Origin: a virus | Lineage: Duplodnaviria; Caudoviricetes | Direction: 5' to 3' (one strand) | DNA: 64,000 bases | IMG/VR virus record: IMGVR_UViG_3300030419_004954 | Coordinates: 440-64,439 of that record | Part shown: positions 39,754-48,876 of the stretch, piece after piece | Numbering within the stretch: position 1 is the stretch's first letter | How the letters are laid out: each line of letters starts with the position of its first letter | Position numbers and translations under genes: made by a program | The notes under the pieces: generated by a model | What the model saw: the letters and a program-made list of their open reading frames with translations, nothing else | Told to the model about the DNA's origin: nothing | The model's database searches: none

Positions 39754-40145
39754 TTTTACTATTATTATGTTCGCTGGCTTACGGCGAACCACAATTCACC
39801 CAACTTGCGAAGGGTGAACCTGCTCCGTTTTCTGGTCGCTTGTTTAACGATGAAGCGGTAGCAAACCTAATTGTAGACCAAAAATCAATTGAAGAGGCTT
39901 GTTCGATCGAAGTTGATTTCGAATTGGACAAAGCACAAGCAAAATGGAACTATGATTATCAAATCATGCAGATTAGCCTTGAAGGCAAACTTGAGAGGGC
40001 AAACGCCGTAATTGAGTCACAATCACAAGAAATAGACTATTTAAGGAGTGAACATAAGCCCGCGAGAACATTTCTTTGGGTTTCAACTGGTTTTGCCGTT
40101 GGGACACTATCGTCGCTGGGGATATATCATTCTGTAAAGGACTAA
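39750..40145 (+). CDS. Exported/membrane coiled-coil protein (possible spanin partner)
   Basis: N-terminal hydrophobic signal MILLLLCSLAYG, coiled coil, C-terminal TM segment FLWVSTGFAVGTLSSLGIY. Confidence 0.4.
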   Translation: MILLLLCSLAYGEPQFTQLAKGEPAPFSGRLFNDEAVANLIVDQKSIEEACSIEVDFELDKAQAKWNYDYQIMQISLEGKLERANAVIESQSQEIDYLRSEHKPARTFLWVSTGFAVGTLSSLGIYHSVKD

Positions 40146-40149
40146 CAAA

Positions 40150-40584
40150 ATGATCAAGGTAAGAATCTCAAAAGCCATAAAAAATATGATGGACATGGTT
40201 TGCCCAAAACCAACCCAAGATCTAGAATTAAATACAAAGAATAGAAACGCTGCTATACAAGCAAAACACATTCAGTATGGCCCGCTTAATTTATCAGACA
40301 CTGCTTACTGGGACAGAGCAGCAGAACACTGGAATACAACACCAGAAGTTGCTAAGGAATCGAGATGTTCTAATTGTATAGCATTTGATATTTCACCAAG
40401 AATGCTTGAGTGTTTGCCGGGTCCTGTATCAGAACCAATCGAGGATGCCGATGGATATTTGGGATATTGCTGGATGCATCATTTTAAATGCCATAGTGCG
40501 AGAACATGTTATACATGGGCCGCTGGTGGGCCAATAAGCGAAGATAAGAATTCATACGAGTGGCAAAAGAAGTCGGAGGGATAA
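40150..40584 (+). CDS. Cys-rich hypothetical protein with HiPIP-like Cys spacing
   Basis: CSNCIAFD...C...GYCWMHHFKCHSARTCYTW. Confidence 0.5.
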   Translation: MIKVRISKAIKNMMDMVCPKPTQDLELNTKNRNAAIQAKHIQYGPLNLSDTAYWDRAAEHWNTTPEVAKESRCSNCIAFDISPRMLECLPGPVSEPIEDADGYLGYCWMHHFKCHSARTCYTWAAGGPISEDKNSYEWQKKSEG

Positions 40585-40991
40585 TGTCGAAAGACCCAAA
40601 CTACGTTGTTAAAATAGAACAAGCAATAGCCAAAAAATATGGTGAATCCACAGTTCAAAACCCAAAGAAAACATGGACGGAAGAAAAAGACCAACAGTAC
40701 TTTGACCAACTTAAGGAATTCTACCGAGGACAGAAACAAGAAGAGGATTACGACAAAAAAGAAGTAAATGGTGTTTTCATACCAAAAAAACTACTTAATA
40801 GTGATTCTAATCGTTCCTGTCCTGTTTGTTCTGTCTATACTACAAAAGCGCAAGACGATCTATACTTCACAAAGTTTGATTGCTGCTTTAAATGTTATGT
40901 TCAATGGGTTGAGGGTCGAGAAGAAAGATGGAAAACTGGCTGGAGACCAAACAATGAAACTAACGACCAAACTCCTCAAAGAGATTATTAA
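40584..40991 (+). CDS. Zn-finger hypothetical protein
   Basis: CPVC...CCFKC; start reassigned to ATG 40584 (TAATG overlap, SD GGAGG). Confidence 0.65.
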   Translation: MSKDPNYVVKIEQAIAKKYGESTVQNPKKTWTEEKDQQYFDQLKEFYRGQKQEEDYDKKEVNGVFIPKKLLNSDSNRSCPVCSVYTTKAQDDLYFTKFDCCFKCYVQWVEGREERWKTGWRPNNETNDQTPQRDY

Positions 40992-41271
40992 AGAAGAACT
41001 TAATAACATGACCGAAAATGAAAGCCCAATATTACAGGTGGCCAAAGCGGTTGGTGTTCCCCAAAAAGGCGAAGAACTTAATGAAGGCTTTGAGGCCCTC
41101 GATTATTTGTCTAACCTACCACCAGAACAATTAGAGGCCATAATATCTTACGTTGTTAAGATGATTGGCGGCGGAGCCGCTGCTATTGGTGGACTTGTTG
41201 CTGCTGATGCCGCAACTGACGGTGGCGAGAAAGTTGACACTCGCGACGATTTATATGATGATGAGGACTAA
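40954..41271 (+). CDS. Small acidic hypothetical protein with an MKLT..LLKEIIKEEL leader
   Basis: Start reassigned to ATG 40954 (SD GGAG); the upstream part of the track ORF overlaps another gene. Confidence 0.6.
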   Translation: MKLTTKLLKEIIKEELNNMTENESPILQVAKAVGVPQKGEELNEGFEALDYLSNLPPEQLEAIISYVVKMIGGGAAAIGGLVAADAATDGGEKVDTRDDLYDDED

Positions 41272-41274
41272 GCA

Positions 41275-41811
41275 ATGAGCAGTACAACATTAGAAATTAT
41301 TCAGGGCCTTGCCCAAGCCGCTTCAAAAGCATACGATGGATCACACGATCCTCGTTATAATGATGACGGCAAAGAAAGATCCGCCGGACTTGCAAGAGAA
41401 GAGGGGCACCCTCTTATTGACCGTCGCGTCATTGATGGATTTAAGGTTCGCTTCTCCGGACCAAACATGATCATTACATACCAAAGCGAGATCAAACTGA
41501 AAGATGTTTATGCTGGTGGTTTTGAAAATGAGATCAATCGAAGAATAAATGAAATTAAAAAGTTTCTACAAAAAGAATATAAAGCCATTACAGGGAACAC
41601 TGTTACACTTACAACAGATGGCGAGGCAAAGGTTCTAGTCCAATCTTCTTCTCGTGTGCATTCTTGGGTTCAAGCAACCCAGTACTACAAAATTGGTAAA
41701 GTTGATGCCGAAGGTATCCTTCAGCCATCTGAGCCAAGTGTTCGTGAGATCACACGAAAGTTTCTTGATCAAGCATCAAAGAAACGCCCGACTAACGATA
41801 CAAGGAAATAA
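41275..41811 (+). CDS. Hypothetical protein immediately upstream of the terminase
   Basis: 178 aa ORF, TAATG-coupled to terL. Confidence 0.6.
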   Translation: MSSTTLEIIQGLAQAASKAYDGSHDPRYNDDGKERSAGLAREEGHPLIDRRVIDGFKVRFSGPNMIITYQSEIKLKDVYAGGFENEINRRINEIKKFLQKEYKAITGNTVTLTTDGEAKVLVQSSSRVHSWVQATQYYKIGKVDAEGILQPSEPSVREITRKFLDQASKKRPTNDTRK

Positions 41812-43394
41812 TGGGATTTGAGTTATCAAAGAAAGAAATTGTAAAAGAAATTGTAAAATCGGGTAAAGATCCGGTTTACTTTATTAATACTTATTGCCGC
41901 ATTTCGCATCCTCAAAAGGGTCTCATAAAATTTGATACTTTTCCATACCAAGACGATCTTCTCCAAGATTTTAATGATTTCCGTTTCACGGTTATCTTAA
42001 AGGCCAGACAGTTAGGCATCTCAACGATTACTGCCGCCTACATTGTCTGGCTCATTTTGTTTCACCGCGATAAGAACGTAATGGTGCTTGCAACCAAGTT
42101 TGCAACCGCTGCGAACCTCGTAAAGAAAGTAAAGGCAATCATGAAGAATCTGCCTGACTGGATTCGTATCACCGACATCGCAATCGACAATAGAACTTCG
42201 TTTGAGTTGTCTAATGGGTCTCAAATTAAAGCATCGTCCACCTCTGGAGATGCTGGACGTTCGGAGGCCCTTTCGCTCCTCGTGATTGACGAGGCTGCTT
42301 TCGTTGATGGCCTTGACGAACTTTGGACTGCTCTTTATCCCACACTATCAACAGGTGGTCGCTGTATCGCACTGAGCACACCCAATGGTGTCGGTAACTG
42401 GTTTCATAAAACCTATGTTGACGCTGTGGACAACCAAAATGATTTTAAATCCGTAAATCTTCCATGGGATGTTCATCCCGAAAGAGACATGGCTTGGTTC
42501 AGAAATGAGACAAAAAACATGTCCAAACGGCAAATTGCCCAAGAGCTTGAGTGCAACTTCAACTCCTCCGGTGAAACTGTTTTGCAGTCAGAGGACATGG
42601 AATGGGCGAACTCCTGCGTCTGCGATCCTATTTACAAGACAGGGTTCGACCGTAACTTCTGGATTTGGGAGAAATACCAAGATGATTCTAAATATTTGCT
42701 TGTTGCTGACGTTGCTCGTGGTGATGGAGCAGATTATTCTGTTTTTCATATCATTAAATTGGAGACCATGGAAGTCGTCGCAGAATACCAAGGAAAACCA
42801 ACGCTAGACCACTACTCAGATATTTTATTTGATGCTGGTCGAGAATATGGAAGTTGTCTTCTAGTCGTTGAGAATAACGGCATAGGAATATCGGTTCTTG
42901 AGAAACTCATAAACAAAGAGTATCCAAATCTTTATTATTCAATTAAGGGATCACACGAATACATAGAACAACATAAAGCAGAGTATGCCTCAAACTCCGT
43001 TCCGGGATTTACTAACTCATCGAAGACAAGGCCGCTTATTGTGGCTAAAATGGAAGAGTACATAAGAAACAGACTAATTACTGTTAGATCTTCGCGACTT
43101 TTTCATGAATTTAAGACTTTTATCTGGCACAACGGGAGACCACAAGCAATGCGCTCGTACCATGACGACTTGGTTATGTCCTTATCTATTGCTTGCTGGG
43201 TGCGAGATACAGCGATAGAAGTAGACCAGAGAGACGTTGCCTATAAAAAGGCAATGATGGATGGTATGTTTTTAAATTCAACTAAAATGAATACTGCTAT
43301 TAAAGGGCAAGAAGGATACGACCAATCCTTCGAAGACAAGTATCGCGAACAATTACAGCAAAAGAAAGACTTTCTTTGGATTTATAAGGGATAA
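41811..43394 (+). CDS. terL: Terminase large subunit (T4 gp17-like)
   Basis: ILKARQLGIST Walker A, LLVIDEAAF Walker B, STPNG coupling motif, nuclease motifs ADVARGDGADYS and HDDLVMS. Confidence 0.95.
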   Translation: MGFELSKKEIVKEIVKSGKDPVYFINTYCRISHPQKGLIKFDTFPYQDDLLQDFNDFRFTVILKARQLGISTITAAYIVWLILFHRDKNVMVLATKFATAANLVKKVKAIMKNLPDWIRITDIAIDNRTSFELSNGSQIKASSTSGDAGRSEALSLLVIDEAAFVDGLDELWTALYPTLSTGGRCIALSTPNGVGNWFHKTYVDAVDNQNDFKSVNLPWDVHPERDMAWFRNETKNMSKRQIAQELECNFNSSGETVLQSEDMEWANSCVCDPIYKTGFDRNFWIWEKYQDDSKYLLVADVARGDGADYSVFHIIKLETMEVVAEYQGKPTLDHYSDILFDAGREYGSCLLVVENNGIGISVLEKLINKEYPNLYYSIKGSHEYIEQHKAEYASNSVPGFTNSSKTRPLIVAKMEEYIRNRLITVRSSRLFHEFKTFIWHNGRPQAMRSYHDDLVMSLSIACWVRDTAIEVDQRDVAYKKAMMDGMFLNSTKMNTAIKGQEGYDQSFEDKYREQLQQKKDFLWIYKG

Positions 43395-43397
43395 ATA

Positions 43398-45356
43398 ATG
43401 GCTCCACGTAGAAAAATTAGAAATGGTAAGAACCCAAACAACCCTGAGAACGATTTATTTAAAGCGTTAACTCGTTTGTTTTCGGGACCAATAACCACGA
43501 GAAGAACAGAGACAGGCCGACAACTCAGACGCAGACACTTAGACAGATACGCAAGTCAGTTTAAGTCTGCAAGTGGTAAACAATTTAAGAAATTAGATTA
43601 CAATACCCCAATGGCCCAACTGACGATTAACGCAATGGCCAACAGAGCCCGTACTGAACGGTACGTAGATTTTGATGAGATGGAGTATACTCCAGAAATA
43701 GCGTCTTCATTGGACATATACGCTGATGAAATGACTACACATTCGGCATTACAGCCAATGTTGAGGATAAATTGCTCTAATGACGAGATAAAATCGATAT
43801 TAGATAACCTATATCACAATGTGCTAAACATAAATTACAATCTTTTCAGCTGGTGTCGAACGATGTGTAAATACGGAGATCTGTTTTTATATATGGATAT
43901 TGATGAAAAGATGGGCATACAAAACGTAATTGGTATACCTCCGCAAGAAGTTGAGAGATTAGAAGGCGAAGACCCAATGAATCCCAACTACGTTCAATAT
44001 CAATGGAACTCAGCAGGTATGACCTTTGAGAACTGGCAAGTCGCCCACTTCCGAGTGCTTGGTAACGATCGGTTCCAACCATACGGAACTTCTGTCCTCG
44101 AACCCGCTCGTCGCATTTGGAGACAACTTACAATGCTTGAGGACGCAATGATGGCTTATCGTATCGTCCGAGCACCAGAAAGACGACTTTTTAAAATTGA
44201 TGTTGGTAACATTGCTCCTGAAGATGTAGAGCAATACATGCAGAAGGTAATGACTCAGATGAAGCGTCATCAAGTCGTTGACCCAACAACTGGACGTGTC
44301 GATCTACGTTATAATCCTTTATCAGTTGAAGAAGATTACTTCATCCCCGTCCGTGGTGGTACTGCCTCAGACATCACGAACCTCCCCGGCTCTTCATATA
44401 ATGGCGGGATTGACGATGTGAAGTATCTCCGCGACAAATTATTTTCCGCGCTAAAAATTCCCCAATCTTATCTCTCGATGGGAGAAGGGGCAACCGAGGA
44501 CAAAACGACCCTCGCTCAAAAAGATATTCGATTCGCAAGAACGATCCAAAGACTACAGCGTGTTGCTGTTTCAGAGTTGGAAAAGATTGGAATTATCCAT
44601 CTGTTCACTCTTGGATTCCGTGGAGATGATTTACTTAACTTCAGTCTCTCCTTGAACAACCCATCAAAGATTGCAGAACTTCAAGAACTCGAACACTGGA
44701 AACAGAAATTCGACGTTGCAGGTGCTGCGACTGAAGGATTCTTTTCTAAGAGATGGCTTGCCGAACACATGTTCGGACTATCTGCCGAGGAGTTTGTGCG
44801 AAACCAAAGAGAACTGTTCTTCGATAAAAAATACGCTGCTGCTCTTGAAGCCGCAGGTCAACCTGATGAAGAAGGCGCCGCCGCTGGTGGTGGAGGCAAG
44901 ACTCCTGATCTTGGCGATGCAGGTGGTGGACTAGGCGATCTTGATCTAGGCGATGACGATACACCCACAACACCTGAGCCTGATGCTGGTGCCGACGCTG
45001 GTGGCGGAGACGATGAAGAGCCGACTCTTCTCGCAGAGCCCCCCGCAAAAAGAGATGATGATGCTCGACCGAAGAAACGAGGTCCATATAAAAGACACCA
45101 GAAGTCTTACGACAAAGGCGGTCGCACTAAGAGTTATAAAAACATGGCCACAAGTGGCGAAGTTCGCGGCTCAACCGCAAGAACAAAGTTCCCCGGATAT
45201 CAAGGACCCGGAGGTCTTTATACGCTCGGTAAAGGAATAGTGGAGGAAAATTCACAAACCGAGGATTTGGAAGAGCAAAAACTATTTAACATTAGCAATG
45301 ATGTAAAAACATTACTAGAAAGTTTAGCAAACAGGGAAGATGAGCATGAAACATAA
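43398..45356 (+). CDS. gp20: Portal protein (T4 gp20-like)
   Basis: PEIASSLDIYADE, QLTMLEDAMMAYRIVRAPERRLFKIDVGN, EEDYFIPVRGG, LFSALKIP; acidic Gly-rich C-terminal extension. Confidence 0.95.
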   Translation: MAPRRKIRNGKNPNNPENDLFKALTRLFSGPITTRRTETGRQLRRRHLDRYASQFKSASGKQFKKLDYNTPMAQLTINAMANRARTERYVDFDEMEYTPEIASSLDIYADEMTTHSALQPMLRINCSNDEIKSILDNLYHNVLNINYNLFSWCRTMCKYGDLFLYMDIDEKMGIQNVIGIPPQEVERLEGEDPMNPNYVQYQWNSAGMTFENWQVAHFRVLGNDRFQPYGTSVLEPARRIWRQLTMLEDAMMAYRIVRAPERRLFKIDVGNIAPEDVEQYMQKVMTQMKRHQVVDPTTGRVDLRYNPLSVEEDYFIPVRGGTASDITNLPGSSYNGGIDDVKYLRDKLFSALKIPQSYLSMGEGATEDKTTLAQKDIRFARTIQRLQRVAVSELEKIGIIHLFTLGFRGDDLLNFSLSLNNPSKIAELQELEHWKQKFDVAGAATEGFFSKRWLAEHMFGLSAEEFVRNQRELFFDKKYAAALEAAGQPDEEGAAAGGGGKTPDLGDAGGGLGDLDLGDDDTPTTPEPDAGADAGGGDDEEPTLLAEPPAKRDDDARPKKRGPYKRHQKSYDKGGRTKSYKNMATSGEVRGSTARTKFPGYQGPGGLYTLGKGIVEENSQTEDLEEQKLFNISNDVKTLLESLANREDEHET

Positions 45357-46149
45357 TAAGAAAAGAAATACCGCTTTTCTTTACGAATGCTTGGTAAAAG
45401 AACTAACCAAAGCCGTCGTAAGAAACGATAACCAAACCAAGGAAAAATTGGTCGAAGTTTTAAAAGAAAATTTCAAAAATGGATCAATTCTAAAACGAGA
45501 ATTAGACATTTACAATTCACTTTTAGAAGGCACCGGCGAAGCGGAATATTCTCGATCACTTCGAGTAATATATGAGATCAAAAAAGATTTTGATAATCTC
45601 GACAGAAAAGAAGTGTTCAATGCTCAGACTGGTCTAATAAAACAAATGAACGAATCATTTAATTCAGCCATTTGGTCAAGCTTTCTTCCAAATTATAAAA
45701 ACATAGCCACAGCAGGAATGTTTTTTAATCAAAATAAATTACCGGCAAAGAAGCGATTGTTAATTGAAAACCGAGTAGTGCAATTTCGTCAAGCTCGTTT
45801 GGTTGAATCCAAAATGGAGCATGTCGATAACTTAACATATAAAACATTTGTTAATAAGTTTAACAAGACTTATGGAGAACACTTGAGACCCGAACAAAGA
45901 GAGTTGCTCACGAACTTCATTATATCTTTTTCAGACAACGGTCTTGGGCTAAAGAGCTACATTAACGAGGAGATCCATCGTCTTAGATCTTCTCTTCAAA
46001 CTCTTAACGAAAGCATGCATAGCCAAAATGCCTCAAAAGTTGTTGAAAAACTCAATAGTTTTGGTGAAAGACAAATAGACGAACAAATGCTTAGGGATTT
46101 GTTTTACATTCAAGATTTAGTGCATGAGGTAACAAAAAATGGCGATTAA
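45340..46149 (+). CDS. Conserved-type hypothetical head-module protein
   Basis: MKHNKKRNTAFLYECL start, FVNKFNKTY..L..EQRELL motif; lies between portal and protease. Confidence 0.6.
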   Translation: MSMKHNKKRNTAFLYECLVKELTKAVVRNDNQTKEKLVEVLKENFKNGSILKRELDIYNSLLEGTGEAEYSRSLRVIYEIKKDFDNLDRKEVFNAQTGLIKQMNESFNSAIWSSFLPNYKNIATAGMFFNQNKLPAKKRLLIENRVVQFRQARLVESKMEHVDNLTYKTFVNKFNKTYGEHLRPEQRELLTNFIISFSDNGLGLKSYINEEIHRLRSSLQTLNESMHSQNASKVVEKLNSFGERQIDEQMLRDLFYIQDLVHEVTKNGD

Positions 46150-46762
46150 TGTTAAAATTGATGGTGGCTTCGAACCCGTTATTCAAGATAACAGTGTTAC
46201 TGTTAGAGTTGACTCGTCACCCTCTGTTGGAGTCAAGATCATTGACCCTTATCTTCACGAGATAAAGTTTAAACTTAACATGCGTCGTTCAATGAATGGC
46301 GACCTTATGATCTTCGATCACCCAGACATTGATATTGTTTACATGATCGAGAAAAAGAAAATCGTTACATTTGCAAAAGATTTGATGTCTGATATGACTT
46401 ACGGGACATCCAGCAGACTTTTGGAAAGACTTAGTAAAAAAGGTCTTCTAGTGTATGAATCAATTCAGGGCGGTAACGTTTATGGTTCTCTTGAGGGCAA
46501 GCTTCAGGAAGCCACTGATGATGACGCCAAAGATAAATATGTTGGCTTAGTGCTAAACCAAATCTCAGAATGGATCGAGACCGAAAGACCTTACTTCAAA
46601 GCAGCACAACAATATGATGATCTGCTTGATACTAACTTTGCTGATCCACCCGATGACGAAACCACTCGACTGGGTAAAGTACCACAAGAGGTGGAAAAAG
46701 GATCAATGATGCAAAGCTCACTATTTGGACCATATTATTATGGAAGGTACGTGTACGAATGA
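46139..46762 (+). CDS. Hypothetical head-module protein
   Basis: 207 aa ORF with SD GAGG, overlapping its neighbours. Confidence 0.6.
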   Translation: MAINVKIDGGFEPVIQDNSVTVRVDSSPSVGVKIIDPYLHEIKFKLNMRRSMNGDLMIFDHPDIDIVYMIEKKKIVTFAKDLMSDMTYGTSSRLLERLSKKGLLVYESIQGGNVYGSLEGKLQEATDDDAKDKYVGLVLNQISEWIETERPYFKAAQQYDDLLDTNFADPPDDETTRLGKVPQEVEKGSMMQSSLFGPYYYGRYVYE

Positions 46763-47106
46763 ACGTAAATTTTTTACAACTTGATGTTGGTTGGTTGTGG
46801 TTTATTCTGGCTGCATACGGACTAACTCAAATTCTTGTATATAGCTCGATCTTTGCTCAGATCAGACCTGCTAAAGATGCATACCGAGGATGGGGTAAAG
46901 TTTGGCATTGTCCTATGTGCATGGGATTTTGGGTGGGAGCGCTTTTGTTTACGCTAAACGGCTTCACAGAACTATTTACATTTGATTACACATTTGCTAA
47001 TTTTTTAATTTGTGGATGGATTTCATCAGGAACATCGTATTTTATAAGCATGCTTGTGAATGATGATGGTATTAAAATAAACAAAGGAGCGAAAAATGAT
47101 GACTAA
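46759..47106 (+). CDS. Membrane protein with CxxC (DUF1360-like)
   Basis: Three hydrophobic segments and a HCPMCMGFWVG motif. Confidence 0.6.
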   Translation: MNVNFLQLDVGWLWFILAAYGLTQILVYSSIFAQIRPAKDAYRGWGKVWHCPMCMGFWVGALLFTLNGFTELFTFDYTFANFLICGWISSGTSYFISMLVNDDGIKINKGAKNDD

Positions 47107-47152
47107 GAAATGGATGCTACAACCAGTTCGTCGTTGTTGCAGCGGCTCTTAA
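47096..47152 (+). CDS. Putative 18 aa micro-peptide MMTKKWMLQPVRRCCSGS (missed by the ORF track)
   Basis: SD AAGGAG at 47084-47089, 6 nt before the ATG; fills the gap before the protease; followed by a hairpin. Confidence 0.45.
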   Translation: MMTKKWMLQPVRRCCSGS

Positions 47153-47157
47153 CTCGG

Positions 47158-47172
47158 GCGGGAAAGACCCGC
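47158..47172 (+). other. Small GC-rich hairpin upstream of the prohead protease
   Basis: GCGGG-AAAGA-CCCGC. Confidence 0.45.
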
Positions 47173-47190
47173 ATTATTTGAGAATACAAT

Positions 47191-47799
47191 ATGTCTAAAA
47201 GATTATTAACAGAATTTTATGAACTATGCCCCGATGGTATGTGTCCCGATCTTCTTACCGAAAGAGAGAAGAAAGAGATCGCCAACGGAGCTATGTATTT
47301 GACCGGTCGTATCCAAACTGCCGATAAGCAGAACGGAAACGGTCGTGTTTATCCTTACGAGGTTCTAAAGCGCGAGATAGACAATTATAAAAAAGTTGTT
47401 GAAGACAATCGTGCTTGTGGAGAACTCGACCACCCAGATGACTCAGTAGTCAATCTAAAGAATGTGTCGCACATGGTTGTTGATTGCTGGTGGGAAGGAA
47501 AGGATGTTATGGGCAAGATGAAAATTCTTGACACCCCTTCTGGACAAACAGTCAAGGGGCTTATTAATTCTGGTGTAAAACTGGGGATCTCATCTCGTGG
47601 TCTCGGATCAGTAAGAGAAAGCATGGGCAAGACTGTCGTCGAAAGCGACTTTCAACTCATTTGCTTTGATATTGTTTCCGAACCTTCAACACCAGACGCT
47701 TTTGTTTATCCAGAGAATAAAGGCGGTTCCCCAATACGGATGCGAGAAAACAAAGAAAACAAGATCGACAATCTATTTACCAAGATCTTGGGAGATTAA
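47191..47799 (+). CDS. gp21: Prohead core protease (T4 gp21-like)
   Basis: NGNGRVYP, GELDHP, VSH, ILDTPSG, LGISSRGLGS and FDIVSEPSTPDA motifs. Confidence 0.95.
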   Translation: MSKRLLTEFYELCPDGMCPDLLTEREKKEIANGAMYLTGRIQTADKQNGNGRVYPYEVLKREIDNYKKVVEDNRACGELDHPDDSVVNLKNVSHMVVDCWWEGKDVMGKMKILDTPSGQTVKGLINSGVKLGISSRGLGSVRESMGKTVVESDFQLICFDIVSEPSTPDAFVYPENKGGSPIRMRENKENKIDNLFTKILGD

Positions 47800-48222
47800 A
47801 TGAACAAGAGCGAATTAAAAAAAGTTTTAAAACCATTGATTAAAGAGTGCATCAAAGAAGTAATGTTCGAGGATGGAACTCTTTCCTCTATTATTGCCGA
47901 AGTTATGAAAGGCACAAACGTTATGTCCGCTCAGCCAATAGTTGAGAGCAGACAAGTAACCCAGCCACAATCTCGACTGGAAACTGATGAGGAAGCAAAA
48001 GCGCGGTTGACCAACAAGAAAAGACAACTTATGGATTCAATCGGCAATGATGCTTATAATGGTATTAATCTCTTTGAGGGAACCACTCCAACCTCAGCTC
48101 AAACAAGTGGCCACAATCAAGGCGCACTTAGTGGAGTATCTCCCGGTGACCCCGGAGTGGACATAAGCAACTTAATGAACAAGACATCAGCCATCTGGCA
48201 GAAGATGAACGAGAAAAAATAA
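47800..48222 (+). CDS. Hypothetical head-module protein
   Basis: MNKSELKKVLKPLIKECIKEV leader, LFEGT motif; 140 aa. Confidence 0.6.
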   Translation: MNKSELKKVLKPLIKECIKEVMFEDGTLSSIIAEVMKGTNVMSAQPIVESRQVTQPQSRLETDEEAKARLTNKKRQLMDSIGNDAYNGINLFEGTTPTSAQTSGHNQGALSGVSPGDPGVDISNLMNKTSAIWQKMNEKK

Positions 48223-48428
48223 TGGGATACAACTACGAATACAAACTAAGAAAAGGTGAATCAGTTGAGAGAGCCGTAAAGAAGTTTTCTAGAAAGTGTA
48301 AGAAGCTGGGCATCATCCAAGATGTTAGAGATAGACGGCACTACCAAAAACCTTCGGTCAAAAAAAGATTAGCCAAAAAAAGGGCTATCGCTCGTCATCG
48401 CAAAGAGATGGCGAAAAGACGCCGTTAA
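48222..48428 (+). CDS. rpsU: Ribosomal protein bS21 (phage-encoded)
   Basis: 68 aa, basic; GESVERAVKKFSRKCKKLGIIQDVRDRRHYQKPSVKKR matches the S21 pattern (E...A+++F.+.....G+.......Y.KPS..+). Confidence 0.9.
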   Translation: MGYNYEYKLRKGESVERAVKKFSRKCKKLGIIQDVRDRRHYQKPSVKKRLAKKRAIARHRKEMAKRRR

Positions 48429-48436
48429 ACTATTTA
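48429..48436 (+). promoter_or_regulatory. Putative late promoter motif ACTATTTA
   Basis: Intergenic copy immediately after the bS21 stop. Confidence 0.65.
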
Positions 48437-48456
48437 ATACGATAGGAGATTAGAAT

Positions 48457-48876
48457 ATGGGTTATCAAAACATTTACACCGCCGGTCTAAACAATGTTGG
48501 ATCATACGAGGTATCCGGTGTACCTTATGCAACTGGTAGTATTGATGCTAGTGGTGGCGTGTTGATTAACTTTCCCACTGTTACTCGATGGGTTGTTGTT
48601 CATTATTCTGCTTCAGACTCCGGAAATCCTGATTTGAAACTCGGCTTCAGCGAAAACGGTGTTGGCTCAGTAGAAGAAAATTACTTTTTCGCAATGAAGC
48701 CAAATACTACAAGTCCGCGTTTTGAACTCAAACTCACTGAGTTGGCTCTGTTTGGGGGTGATGCCGGTGAACAAGGCGTCTCCGTAATGGCGGGGCTCAC
48801 ATACATACCTACATTAAGGCTCGATTCAATCGGCCCTTCAGGATCTAACTGGTCTGGTTCTATCGGAGTAGGTTAA
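48457..48876 (+). CDS. Putative virion (head decoration) protein
   Basis: GLNNVGSYEVSGVPYATGS...FPTVTRW...WSGSIGVG; late motif and SD AGGAG upstream. Confidence 0.5.
   Translation: MGYQNIYTAGLNNVGSYEVSGVPYATGSIDASGGVLINFPTVTRWVVVHYSASDSGNPDLKLGFSENGVGSVEENYFFAMKPNTTSPRFELKLTELALFGGDAGEQGVSVMAGLTYIPTLRLDSIGPSGSNWSGSIGVG

Noticed and set aside
40560-40953. Track start sites at 40560 and 40768
   Set aside because: Better SD-supported ATGs at 40584 and 40954 remove long overlaps
41275-41811. Small terminase subunit call
   Set aside because: Only position supports it; no recognisable gp16/TerS motif
41811-45356. Inteins or introns in terminase or portal
   Set aside because: Lengths and motif spacing are normal; the portal's extra length is a low-complexity C-terminal tail
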